Source: an uncultured Planctomycetaceae bacterium
GTDB lineage: Bacteria > Planctomycetota > Planctomycetia > Pirellulales > PALSA-1355
Length of the DNA stretch: 64,000 nt
Assembly (NCBI GenBank): GCA_963785305.1
Contig: CAWAUV010000001.1
Span: 1-64,000 of the forward strand
Direction: 5' to 3'
Shown here: one piece after another, positions 1 to 10,988 of the stretch
Layout of the letters: each line of letters begins with the position of its first letter
How positions within the stretch are numbered: the first letter of the stretch is position 1
The notes under the pieces: generated by a model
Databases searched by the model: none
What the model saw: the letters and a program-made list of their open reading frames with translations, nothing else
Told to the model about the DNA's origin: nothing
Position numbers and translations under genes: made by a program

Positions 1-1677
1 CACTCGGCTTCGAGCAACGCTTCCTGGCGATGCTTCGCTGCATCGCTTTTTTCCTGCCGGATGTTCTTTTGCTCGGCCTCGAAATCAAGGCCCTCTTGGG
101 CGCTCCAGGTTTGCTTGCTCAACACACCGGCGTCGCACAGGGTCTTGCGCACCGCGGTTTCTTTCGCCGGGTCGCGGACTTCGATCTGCGGCGGGGTAAT
201 GTTGATCACAATGTTGCGCACAACTTCCGGCCATGAAACCGAGCCGAAACGGCCCGCCAACCAGGCGAACCAAACCACGCGCTCGAGCGTGCGGCGGTCG
301 CGCCGCGAATAAATTTGTTGTTGCGCTTCGGCATACTTCACGAACGGACTCTCGGCCACGAGGCTCGACGCGAAGTTGTTGTTTTCGGCCGTGCCGGTCA
401 CGAAGTTCTCCGGCAAACTCCACCGCACCGCCACGCTCCGCAAGAGCGCCTGCGCCGCCGTGATGAAGTTCGGCGCGCTGCGCGCCGAGGGGTCCGGGCA
501 AGTATTTTTGACCGCTGGGAACCTTCAGAATCGTGGCTGGGTCGTATTGCTGGAGCCAGTGCGCGCCAGCGCCCCGCGATGTGGTGGTCGTGTAGCTGGC
601 GTCGGCCCGCGACATGGTGGCGGTGTTGACTTGGGCCTGCGTCGTGCCGGGCGCCACCTCTTGAATCCAAGCAATCGCCGCTTGCACGGCCGAGCCTTCG
701 CCCATATTGCGCAGCACGCGGCGAGCGACTTCGAGACTGTCTTGAATCGGATAGAAATCCGAAAGGCCACGCTTCACGCTCCGCGGCACATTGAGCTTGG
801 CGTGTTCCATCCACGCGCCGCCGCCATCGGGCGGAACGATCGGCTCGGCGCCGCCGGGCAGAAAATCCCAATCGAGATCGCGATTCGACCAGCGCGTGCA
901 GAAGCCATGCACGGCCTGCGAATCGTCGCGATCGGCCAGCAGGCCGAAGGTCCAATCGCTCGGCGAGCGAAGCCCAAGCCATGCGTCGATGTCCGCCGAA
1001 TCGACCGGCGCCGTCACCTGATCGGGCTCGACCGTGCGCGCTTGCACATGCCCATCGCCGCGATGCCAAAGGCTCAAGAAATACTCGCCATCGACCCGGC
1101 TCCGCTCGAACAGCTCGCGATCGAGCTCGCCGATCCAGTGGTTTTCGTCGAGAAAATCACCGACCACCGTCTCGGCGACGCTCGCGAGCCAGCGGCTTTC
1201 GGCGTTGCCCGGCTCGCGCGGGGCGACGGCATAATGAAAGCCGGTTCCGATCACATAGTTCGTGAGACTTGAAAGAATGCCGACCGCCACCGGATTGGCC
1301 GCGGTGACGAGGCGCGCTGCGCCGCGAATGACGGCCAGCTCTTGCTCGGTCTGAAAGATCGGCAGATCGCGGCCCTGGTCGCGATCGTTGAGCGTGGTGG
1401 GCATCGCGCCCAGCAGGGGCGGTGCGCGAAAGAGATAGTCGCCCGGGTTGACATAGTTCGAGGGATCGTAAAACCCCTCGAGCGTGTCGCGATAACCTCG
1501 GGAGCGCAGGGCGCCGAGAGCCGCGTTCTGCTCGGCGATCTTGAGCCGCAGCCCATTGGCCCGCGCTTGCCGCTTGAGCGCGGCGAGCGTGGCGCCTTGG
1601 TCGGAGGTCGGGCGCGAGCCGCCGGGAGAAGGCGAATCACCCGGCGGCGAGATCGAGTCATGGTGTGAAGTGCTCAT
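1..1677 (-). CDS. Phage portal protein, lambda gpB-like family; one frameshift near 480; 3' end runs off the window
   Basis: ORF 85..1722 (likely ATG 1677) has portal-like segments: VIGTGF, ELFERSRVDGEYFL, ARTVEPDQV, RGLSDFYPI. After a shift near 480 another frame reads NFITAAQALLRSVAVRWSLPENFVTGTAENNNFASSL...PPQIEVRDPAKE...AGVLSKQTWSAQEGLDFEAEQKNI, typical of a lambda-type portal C-terminus. Recognised by eye only. Confidence 0.75.
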
Positions 1678-1763
1678 GACGGCGAAGGGTACAAAACCCC
1701 AATCGCCATCTTCCACCACCAAAACCGAGCCAGCGGCGCGAATGCGGTTGCGCCGAGCGAGCG

Positions 1764-2618
1764 TTATTTAACGTCGGCCGGCTGCTTCAAAAGCAGAGCC
1801 TCGACACGGGCCAAGTCGCCCATGTAATCGTGAGGCGCGAGTTCCGCGGCTTTTCGCAAATGCTCGCGCGGTCTGTTCATGGCCCAGCGCGCGTTCGTGG
1901 AGACCGATATACAAGCGAGCATAAAACGCAGCTTGCTTGCCGCGTCGGCGCCCAGCGATTCGACGTGCGCGGCGGCCAGCACATCGTCGGGCGAGGCGCG
2001 GCCGGCGAATAGGGCGAACACTTCCATCATCGGCGGCCGCGCGTCGGCATGGATGGGAATCAGCGTCTTGCGGGCCTCGTCGAGCCCTTGGGCCCGCGCG
2101 ACGCAGAGAAAATGCCAAGCCGCGTTTTCGACGTCCTCGGGATTCACGGTCCGGTGCAATTCGAACTGCTTGGCCCCGCCCGCGAAATCGCCGGCATAGT
2201 AGAGCGAGAGTCCGCGCTGCCAGTGATAAGGCGCCCGAGCCGGCTCGAGTTCGAGCACTTTGTCGAAGTCGGCGACCGATTGTTTGAATTTGGCGACGCG
2301 AAAATAGTCTTCGCCGCGACGCTCATAAGCCTCGGCCTCCGCCGGCAAGAGTTCGACGACTCGGCTGTACGCATCGATCGCGCGATCGAATTCGCGGCGG
2401 ACATCGTGAATCGCGCCGAGTTGCGCGAAACAGCGAGGCTCTTTCGGATAGTCCTTGACGGCTTCTCGCGCGAGTCGCAGGGCCAGGTCGGAATCACCCC
2501 GGGCGAGCGCTTGCCGCGCGTGTTCGAGTTGCGCGTCGATTTCCTCGGGCGCCGCGAGGGCGCCGGCCGCGGAACCGATCTCCGCGAGCGCGAGCATCAA
2601 TGCAAACCAGCGAGACAT
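1764..2618 (-). CDS. Secreted TPR protein, NlpI-like; frameshifts near the C-terminus
   Basis: Signal peptide MSRWFALMLALA, TPR helices (AIDAYSRVVELLP, SVADFDKVLELEP), HWQRGLSLYYAG and NPEDVENAAWHFLC. The C-terminal part is split across frames (FYARLYIGL / DYMGDLARV). Confidence 0.8.
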   Translation of the reverse strand: MSRWFALMLALAEIGSAAGALAAPEEIDAQLEHARQALARGDSDLALRLAREAVKDYPKEPRCFAQLGAIHDVRREFDRAIDAYSRVVELLPAEAEAYERRGEDYFRVAKFKQSVADFDKVLELEPARAPYHWQRGLSLYYAGDFAGGAKQFELHRTVNPEDVENAAWHFLCVARAQGLDEARKTLIPIHADARPPMMEVFALFAGRASPDDVLAAAHVESLGADAASKLRFMLACISVSTNARWAMNRPREHLRKAAELAPHDYMGDLARVEALLLKQPADVK

Positions 2619-2664
2619 GGCTCGGCGGTTTCCTTTCGAGGGACACGAGAAGCCGGGGCGAGCG

Positions 2665-5600
2665 TCAATGCGCCATGCCCGAACCGGCCGGCGGTTCGCG
2701 GTGGCCATAGTAACTATACAGCACCGGCATCAGATAGCGAGTAAGCAATAGGGTTGTGATCATGCCCCCGACGACCACGATCGCGAGCGGTCTTTGGGTC
2801 TGCGCGCCGACGCGAGTGCTGAGCGCGGCGGGGAGGAGTCCGAAGATGGCGGTGAGGGCGGTCATCATGATCGGGCGCACTCGCTTTTCGGCGCCTTGCA
2901 CGATGGATTCGTGGAGGGGCATTCCGGCGGCGCGCATTTGATTGAAATAGGCGATGAGCAAGAGGCCGTCCATGATCGCCACGCCAAAGATCGACACGAA
3001 TCCCACGGCGGCCGAGATGCTGAAATTGGTGCCGGTCAGCAACAGTGCCCAGACTCCCCCCATCGAGAGCGCGAGCACATTGCTGAGAATGGCGAGCACA
3101 TCGAGCAGCGAATTGAAGGCCAAGTAGAGCAGACAGAAGATCAGGCCCAAGGAGACGGGAATGATGATCTTGAGCCGCCCTTCGGCTTCTTGCATTTCCT
3201 GGAATTCGCCGCTCCATTCGGCGTGGTAGGGCGATTGGAACAGGTCGGCGGTCTTGGTTCTGCGCTTCGTCGACGGCGCCGGCCAAATCGCGGCCGCGGA
3301 CGCTGAATTTCACGGCGATCAGGCGGCTACCGTCCTCGCGATAGATGGTCGAGGCGCCGGGTCGCATGAAGTGGCCGAGCGGATCGAGGCGGCCCTTGCT
3401 GTCGCGCGGCGTGACCACATCGCCCAGCCGGCGGCGCGGCGTGTTGCCCATATTGTTGATATTGGCGCTGCTGAAGATATTGCCGAGCCAGTTGGGCTGA
3501 TTGAGCGCGAAACCCATCGAGGGAATGCCGGCGCCGCCGCCCGTGAGCGGAGTGGCGGGCATGCTCGGCAATCCGCTGGTCACGACATTGCTGGTCACAT
3601 CGACCGGAATATCGAGAATCGCTTGTTCGCTGCCGCGCAGGCCCTTGGGCCAGCGAAGCGTGATGTCGAAGAGTTTTTCGCCTTCGATCATGGTCGAAAA
3701 CCGTTTGCCGCCCACGGCGGTGCGAATCACGTTTTCCACGTCGAATGTCGAGATGGCCCATTGCTGGCACTTATGCGGATCGATGGGAAACTCGAGATTC
3801 GGCTGCCCCATGATGCGGAACACGCCCACGTTTTCGATTCCCTTGATGCCGCTGATTCGGTTCTTGACCTGATCGGCGATGTCCTCGAGCTTGTCGAGAT
3901 CGGGGCCGATGATCTTGATCGAGTTGTCGCCCTTGACGCCCGAGAGGGCCTCCATCACGTTGTCGCGGATATTTTGGGAGAAGTTCCAGTCGACTCCGAT
4001 AATCTGATGCGTGAGCTCATTGTTCATTTGTCCGACGAGCTCGTCCTTGGTTCGCGGGCGCAGCGGCTCGAGGAAGCGACGCCAGCCGGTCGTGGTCTGG
4101 GTGGCGGCCCAATCCTTCGAGGGCTTGAGCGGCACGAAGAATTCGACATTGTAGAAACCGGTGGGATCGGTGCCGTCGTCGGGTCGTCCGATTTGCGGCA
4201 CGATCGAGGCCACTTCGGGATAATGCCGCATGATGGCCCGGGCCAATCGGACCTTTTCGGTGACTTCGTCCATCGAGATATTGAGCGGAAACGTGCCGCG
4301 GATCCAGAGATTGCCTTCTTCGAGCTGGGGCATGAACTCGCGACCCAGGGCCGGCAGCATCGCCAGGGTGGCCACGGCCAAAAGGCCGAACACCGCGAGC
4401 GTGAGTCCGCGATGCCGCAGGCAGCGCTCAAGCTGCCGCAGATAACTGGTCTTGAGCATGCGCACCAGCCAATTGTCGCGAGCCGGCTTCAGATTCTTAA
4501 AACAGAGAATGCACAAGACGGGCGACACGGTGATGGCCAGCACCAAGGCGCCGGCGAGGGCGAACGCGTAGGTATCGGCCATGGGGCCAAATATCTGCCC
4601 CTCGGGGCCTTGCATCGTGAAGAGCGGAATAAACGCGCAGACCATGATCGCGGTCGAAAAGAACAATGCCCGCTCGACTTCGTGGCAGGCATGGATAATG
4701 CGTTCCTTTAGCGAAAGATTCGCGAACTCGCCCGACGCCAAGTGGCGATAAATGTTCTCCACCATGATCACCGACGAGTCGACGATAATGCCGAAGTCCA
4801 CCGCGCCGATCGAGAGCAAGTTGGCCGACTTGCCCCGGGCATAAAGCAGCGAAAAGGCGAACAGCAACGCCAGCGGAATATTCACCGCCACGATCAGCGC
4901 GCTTCGCACATTGCTCAGAAACATGAGCAGGATCACGGTGACCAGCGCCATGCCGAGCAGCATGTTCTCGCGCACGGTTTCGGTCGTGAGTCCGATCAGT
5001 TCCGTGCGATCGTAGTAGGGCTCGATGCGCACTCCCGGCAGCAGGCGGCCCGGCTTGTTGAGCTTGGCCACGCGATCCTCCACGTCGTGCAGGGCCAAGA
5101 GCGAGCTTTCGTTCTTGCGAAGCAAGACGATGCCCTGCACTTTTTCTTCCTCGTCGATCCATTTGACATGGCCATCGGCGTCCTTGATCTCGTGGCCGTC
5201 GATGTCTTTTTCGGGCCGGCTGAGGCTCACCTTGCCGAGCCGTGTCTGATGGCCGACGATCACGCCCTCGCTGCCCTCATGGGCTTCGCTCGAGCCATCG
5301 CTCACCACGTCTTTCACGCAAAACGGCACGTTGTTGACCGACGAAATCACGACTTGGCGGATTTGGGTCAGGCGGCGGTTTTCTTCCTCGCGCAGATACG
5401 CGGCCGCTTTCATCGCCGCCAGCGGACCCACGATGCCGCGAATCTCGGCCAGGCGTTCGCGCTCTTGATGGTCGAGCGGCGGATCGACATGTTCGCCCAA
5501 ATACGCGTTGCGTAGTCGGACTAATTCATCCCGCGTGAGATGCGCGGCCGAGAGATAAGCGTCGAGTTCGGTGCTCTCGGCGCTGAGCACTTCCTTGGCG

Positions 5601-6343
5601 TTCATCGGATCTTGGCCGCCACCGATCAGCCCCAGCCCACGCACATTGAGCACATTGTTGCCCTGGGCGAGAAAGTCGCCGCCGACGTTCGCGTTGCTAT
5701 TGCCGATCGCTTGCGCCAACGATTGCAGCGTGACGCCGTAGCGCTTCAGCAAGTCGGGATCGGGCTGGATCTCGTAGCGTTTGACCATGCCGCCCGAGCT
5801 CGTCACGCCGGCGATGCGCTGCACGCGGCGAAACTGCCGTTCGAGTGTCCAATCTTGCAGGGCCTTGAGATCGTTGAGCGTGTAGATATCGTTGCCGGCC
5901 GAGTCTTTCGGCGAATGCAGCGTATAGCGAAAGATTTCGCCGGTGGGCGACGTGGGCGACAGATCGGCGTTCACGCCATCGGGCAGGTGATCGGCGAACT
6001 GCAGGCGATTGATCACTTCTTGCCGCGCCGCTTTGTAGTCGACCCCATATTCGAATTGATTCCTCAAATGCGATAGCCCGAACAGCGACTTGCTGCGCGT
6101 GTTCTTCAGGCCCGGCATGCCGGCCAGGGTGACTTCGAGCGGAATCGTGACCTGCCGCTCGACTTCTTCGGCCGAAGCGCCCGGATACTGGGCGATCACT
6201 TCGATAATGGCCGGGGCCGGATCGGGATACGCCTCGACGTTGACGTTGAAAAACGCGAACAGGCCGAAGATCGAGAGCGCCACCGACACCAGCAGCACAA
6301 TCAACTGGTTGTCGAGCGCCCAGTGAATCAGGGAACGGACCAT
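2665..6343 (-). CDS. CusA/CzcA-family heavy-metal efflux RND permease; frameshift near 3255
   Basis: ORFs 2714..6343 and 2665..3195 join. Motifs: EAYPD, AEEVERQVTIPLE, GAVDFGIIVDSSVIMVEN, RVRPIMMTALTAIFGLLP, QRPLAIVVVGG. Confidence 0.93.
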
Positions 6344-6706
6344 GCGGATATTCTCGCGGAAGAAACGAGGTCGGCGAAGCTCGAAACCATGATGGCGGAA
6401 AAGGGCGTTCGACCCACCCCCCGTCGAGAACCGCCGCTCGTCGCTGGCTGGGGGCAGTCGGTCTTTATTTTACTACGTGCGTCGCTCGGGCATGGTTTCG
6501 CAAAGCGACGCGAGCGCGACCCCAGCCGGCGGTGGGGCTGAGATGGTACTCGCGATCGCCGCGATCCGCGCTCGGAAAGCGAGATTGCCGCTTAAATGGG
6601 TCGGGCGAGTTCGCGCCTAACTCGCGGAGGGAAATTCCCGGTCGTCGAACCTCGCGATCGCTCGGGGACGAGTCGAAGCGACGGCCGCTCGCGACGTGGC
6701 GCCCCG

Positions 6707-6768
6707 TTCCAAGTCCCCAATCGCATGGGGCGCGTCGCATGCCCCCAGTCGCATGTCTCCAAGCCACC
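6707..6768. repeat. Degenerate 7/14-nt periodic intergenic repeat (TCGCATG three times)
   Basis: TCGCATG at 6721, 6735 and 6749, an exact 14-nt period, interleaved with CCCCAAT/CCCCAGT-like heptamers. Confidence 0.5.
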
Positions 6769-6776
6769 CGCGCCTC

Positions 6777-8186
6777 TTAGTGCGTCCGCGGCTCGAGTGT
6801 CGCGGGGGGAATCGCGGCCAGCGCGTTTTCCAAGGCGCTCGCCAACTCGATGCTGCTACTGGTGACCACGAACTCGCCGGGCTCGAGCGGCTGGCAGCCG
6901 GCGGCTTGTTCGGTGTGCGTGGGGCGGGTGTGGATATAGACCTTGCCATCGCCGCGGTCCACGACAGCCACCTTGCGTCGCGTGACCAACGTGCCCATGC
7001 GGTCGCTGGCGATGAACACATGGCGCCCCGAACCCGCCTCGACCAGGGCCCCCTCGGGAATTACGACCTCATTGCTCGAAGCCGGCAGATCAACCACCGT
7101 GGTGATAAACTGCCCGACGCGCAGCTCGCCCTTCGGATTCGCCAAATAGCCCATCACGGCCAGGGTGTGCTGGGCCGGGTCGACGATATTGCCGATCACC
7201 TCGAAGGTGCCGGGAAAGCCCTCGGACTTCGGTTGGCTCTTGAGCTGCACGGTCCATTTGCGTTCGGCCGGCGCGAGCGCTTCGAGCGCCGGCAGGTCTT
7301 CCTCGAACACATTGGCGAGCACGCCGAGCGTGGTGAGATCGGCGATTTTAAAAAGGTCGAGCGAGGTATCGACGATGTCTCCCTTGGTGATGTTCTTTTC
7401 GAGCACCACGCCATCGAACGGCGCGAACACTTCGACCTCGGCCCAGTGCTTGTCGCCGGCCCGGCTACGGTTCAGATCGCGATGAATATTGGCGGCTTCC
7501 TGGCGCACATCGTCGATCTCGCCCTCGGTCAATCGCCACGAGCGCAGCGTGCCGTCGTACGCGCTCGACATCGATCAGGTCCGATTCATATTGTCGTTCG
7601 GCTTCGTGAACCGTTTTTTGAGAAACAACGCCCGCGTCAAGCTTTTTGAGTCGATCGAGCTGGGCCTTGTCGAGATAAAGCTGCGACTGGGCATTGACCA
7701 GATCGCTCTTTTTTTCGCCGACATCCTTGCTCCAAATCACGGCCAGAAGCTGCCCTTGGCGAACATGATCGCCCAGGCGCAAGGGACGCGACCCAGGCGG
7801 GGGGTTTTCGGTTGGCGCCGGTTCGCCATTGGCCAGCACTTGGCCAATTTCCGCCACTTCGCCGCCGAAGCGACTATGCACGCGAACCATGCGATTCGAA
7901 TCGAGAAACAGCGAGCCCGACAAACTAAGGCGTTCGTGTTTCGGCGCCCGCTCCACGACCGCGGTGCTGATGCTCAGCGCGGCCCGGACACTGGGGCTCA
8001 GTTGAATCGTGGCCTCGGTCTCGGAAAGCAGCTTCACCGGCGGATCGGCCTCGGTTGCGGCCAGCTTGGCTTCGGAATGCTGATTCACCACGGTGAGCAT
8101 GATCACCGCGGCGATTCCACAGCCACAGAGGCCGGCCACGATCCAAGTGGCCGTGGCGGCCGCGCAAAATTCGATCTCGTTGCCAT
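6777..8186 (-). CDS. RND efflux periplasmic adaptor (CzcB/HlyD-like); frameshifts near 7560 and probably near the start
   Basis: ORFs 7465..8298 and 6777..7571 join. N-terminal TM segment, VRVHSRFGGEV, LGDHVRQGQLLAVIWS, VFAPFDGVVLEKNI, LRVGQFIT. The start is uncertain (ATG 8186 or upstream). Confidence 0.88.
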
Positions 8187-8819
8187 AAAAACCTTGCGCT
8201 GCGTTCGGCTTTGCCTGGGCCCGAAGGATGCATGCGGTTGTGCGATGTCGCTCCATCGCGGTGTTGTCGTCGTGTTGTCTTATTTCGTCGTTCCGCAAAT
8301 CGAACCGGGGGTTTTACGCCGCCCGAAATTTTGCGGGCCGGTTGCGGTGGCGCCGCAATGCTGGCTGACCCTGCGACGCTTTGTCGCTCCACGATACTGG
8401 TATGCCGCTACCCTGCCCGACTTCTAAACCCCGAAGTCCCCCGCCGGCGTCGGTGTCGAAAGCTGATGAGCGGGCGGCTCCATGACAGCGGCTAATGATT
8501 CATTACGAGGGGCAGACATGTTTGGCCTTGGCGCGAATCGTCGAAACTCCGCTACTGTCCAAAGTTTCGGACCTCGGAAATTATGCCATCGCCGAAGCCG
8601 CGTGGCCAATGCGAATGTCCGCAGGGTTACGTAAAAGTAATCATAAATCTCTAAATTTTCAAGATCAGTGCCGCGCTTCGCGGGTCGATCGCGAAATATC
8701 GCCCGGGGCCAAAATTTTCCGCGCCGGCCCGATGGGGAAGCAACTTGTGCGTCGTGAGCACGGAAAAAAATGTTCTGGAGGCTGCATTTTGCCCTGCCGC
8801 CGAGCGAGCGCCGGCCTTA

Positions 8820-8828
8820 TGGTACAAT
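8820..8828 (+). promoter_or_regulatory. Extended -10 element (TGgTACAAT) of rnpB
   Basis: TGGTACAAT lies 7 nt upstream of the first base of the rnpB P1 helix. Confidence 0.6.
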
Positions 8829-8835
8829 TCGCTTG

Positions 8836-9281
8836 GTTCGAAGTGGGCCGAGCGACCGCCGGGCGAGTCACGAGAAATCGAGGGTTCGCCGGGAGGAAAG
8901 TCCGGGCTCCCCAGGACAGAATGGTGGGTAATCCCCACCGGCCGCGAGGCTCGGGAAAGTGCAACAGAAAGCAAACCGCTTGGCTGGCGCCTCTTCAAAG
9001 GGACGCCCGCCGAGTAAGGGTGAAACGGTGAGGTAAGAGCTCACCAGCGAATTGGGCGACCAATTCGGCTAGGCAAACCCCATTCGGAGCAAGGCCAAGC
9101 AGGAGGCAGGCGAGCGGCTCTTTCAAAGACCGCTCGCCGCGGACTTGTCCGGTCCGCCATGACTTCCGGGTAGGCTGCTAGAAGCGTTGGGCAACCAGCG
9201 CTGTAGAGAAATGGTCGCTCCCCCGCGACGCTCGCGCGCCGCGGGGGAACAGAACCCGGCTTATCAAGGCCCACTTCGAAC
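8836..9281 (+). ncRNA. rnpB: RNase P RNA, bacterial type A
   Basis: Conserved elements GGAGGAAAGTCCGGGCTCC, GGAAAGTGCAACAGAAA, GGGTGAAACGGTGAGGTAAGAGCTCACC, GGCAAACCCC..GGAGCAAGGCCAA and ACAGAACCCGGCTTAT. The termini GTTCGAAGTGGGCC and GGCCCACTTCGAAC pair as P1. Confidence 0.97.
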
Positions 9282-9352
9282 TACTTCAATGGCAATGCGG
9301 TAAGCCGCCCCCGGGCTCTCGGCCCGAAAAGGGCGGGCCGGCGGCCAAGAAA

Positions 9353-9832
9353 TTACGACGAGAATGCGCCAGCGTGATTATGTTGGCCATGTTCCTCGGA
9401 CTGCGTATCTTCCGCGGATTGCGAAATTCCCGCGGACACGCCCTCGACACCCTCGGTCGGCACAAGCTCGTCGTCGACGACTTGCAGCAGCTTCGAGATG
9501 CAGAGTTTGTTCATGCTGGTCTGCCGTCCGTGAGCTTCGGCCCGGAGCGCTTCGTGAAGGCTTTTGGGCATACGCACCGTAATGACTCGGGTCGGCTCCT
9601 TGGAACCATTGACCGCGGCCTCGACGGTGCGTTCGCGCAGCTTGGCGAGCATCTGCTGGATTTGCAGGTATTCGTTCGATTGTTCGAATTCCGCGAGGGC
9701 TTCGGCTTCGGGGTAAACGCGTCGCACCAGGCCGTCCAGGCCCAGCACTTCGCGGAAGAAAGTCACCCAATCCGGATCTTGACGATAGAGCTCCGTGGCA
9801 ACGCGATAGACTTCCTGTCGTTTTTCGTTCAT
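9353..9832 (-). CDS. Ribbon-helix-helix DNA-binding protein (HicB-like C-terminal domain)
   Basis: RHH pattern TRVITVRMPKSLHEALRAEAHGRQTSMNKLCISKL, preceded by a helical domain (DPDWVTFFREVLGLDG). ATG at 9832. Confidence 0.75.
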   Translation of the reverse strand: MNEKRQEVYRVATELYRQDPDWVTFFREVLGLDGLVRRVYPEAEALAEFEQSNEYLQIQQMLAKLRERTVEAAVNGSKEPTRVITVRMPKSLHEALRAEAHGRQTSMNKLCISKLLQVVDDELVPTEGVEGVSAGISQSAEDTQSEEHGQHNHAGAFSS

Positions 9833-10063
9833 CCGTGCAATCTCCAAAAAAAGATGAAAATGGGTTCCTTGGCCCAGTGGGGCGTAGGGTCGCTGAAATA
9901 ATGCTTCGCAGTCAAGACCAGCTTGTATCATTTTTGGCTGCTAGCACTTACGACGATAGCACTAGCATTGACGCGATAGCAGGCGCCGGCGCCAAAGAAG
10001 TGAGCAACGGCTCTGGCGCCCAAAAAAGTGGCGCCCACCCATTTACAAAAATACCAAGTGTCC

Positions 10064-10082
10064 ATGTCGCATAACGCGACAT
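10064..10082. promoter_or_regulatory. Inverted repeat ATGTCGC-N5-GCGACAT, candidate operator
   Basis: Perfect 7-bp inverted repeat in the AT-rich divergent intergenic region 9833-10176. Confidence 0.35.
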
Positions 10083-10176
10083 TGGCCCTTAAAAGATCGT
10101 ATTTGGCTAGCCGCAAGTCAGTGCCAGGAAGCCCAAGCTACGCATATAACCCAACAACAAGAATAGAGACTCGGAA

Positions 10177-10827
10177 ATGCAATCTTCAAGCGACGATGAT
10201 CGGCAACGCCAGGCGAAACTTCGGACCATCGACAACGTCGTCCGCCGCATCGACCGACCGATTTGGGTGGTAACGGCAGCAGCCGTGGGTCAGCGATCGG
10301 GACTGCTGGCCACTTGGGTCGCGGCTGCCTCGATCGACCCGGAGCAACCGCTCATGATGGTCGGCATCGCGCCGAATCACCTTACCTGTAAATTGGTTAT
10401 GGCAAGCGGCGCCGTCGCGCTTCATCTTGTGGACGCGGAAAACATCTCGAATTACATGCAATTTTGCTTATCGTCCGGCGGTGTCGAGGATAAATTTTCG
10501 AGCCACAATGTCAAAATAGGAAAGACGGGATCACCGCTTCTAGTGGGCTCACTAGCTTCGCTAGACTGCCAAGTCGTCGACGCTTGGGATACGGGCGATC
10601 GTATCTTTTTCATTGTCGAGCCAATCGAGGCCACCAATAGTGATCGCCCCAGCCGACCGGCGACCGAGGCCGACCTTTTAACCGCCGCCAAGCCCGAGCA
10701 GCGCGACCGACTTCGAGCGTCGCTCCAAAACGATCTGATCGCGCAGAGACCGCTGCGGGCGGCGTGGCGGGCAAGGCTCGCCGGTCGCTCCGGAATCCCT
10801 CCAGAACGACGTTCGGCGAAACAGTAG
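10177..10827 (+). CDS. Flavin reductase-like FMN-binding protein
   Basis: IWVVTAA..RSGLLATWV..ASIDPEQP, GVEDKF, TGSPLL, LDCQV..TGDRIFFI. Confidence 0.85.
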   Translation: MQSSSDDDRQRQAKLRTIDNVVRRIDRPIWVVTAAAVGQRSGLLATWVAAASIDPEQPLMMVGIAPNHLTCKLVMASGAVALHLVDAENISNYMQFCLSSGGVEDKFSSHNVKIGKTGSPLLVGSLASLDCQVVDAWDTGDRIFFIVEPIEATNSDRPSRPATEADLLTAAKPEQRDRLRASLQNDLIAQRPLRAAWRARLAGRSGIPPERRSAKQ

Positions 10828-10988
10828 GATTAAAATCCCTAAAGCATTGTGTTGATTGATCTTAATAATTTGACTCCGGCGAAAAATCCTGTTACCATAG
10901 CACGGTAGCGATGGGGCTGTCGGTGACCGTTCATCGCTCGAGATTGCCCCTTCGTATTTAGTTCTCAAATTTCAAGGCCCCACTGTTC

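Noticed and set aside
8495..9274. ORFs 8495..9031, 8651..8998 and 9041..9274
   Set aside because: They overlap the RNase P RNA and its promoter and are not protein-like.
9353..9832. HicAB toxin-antitoxin module
   Set aside because: No HicA-like ORF on either side; only the RHH portion resembles HicB.
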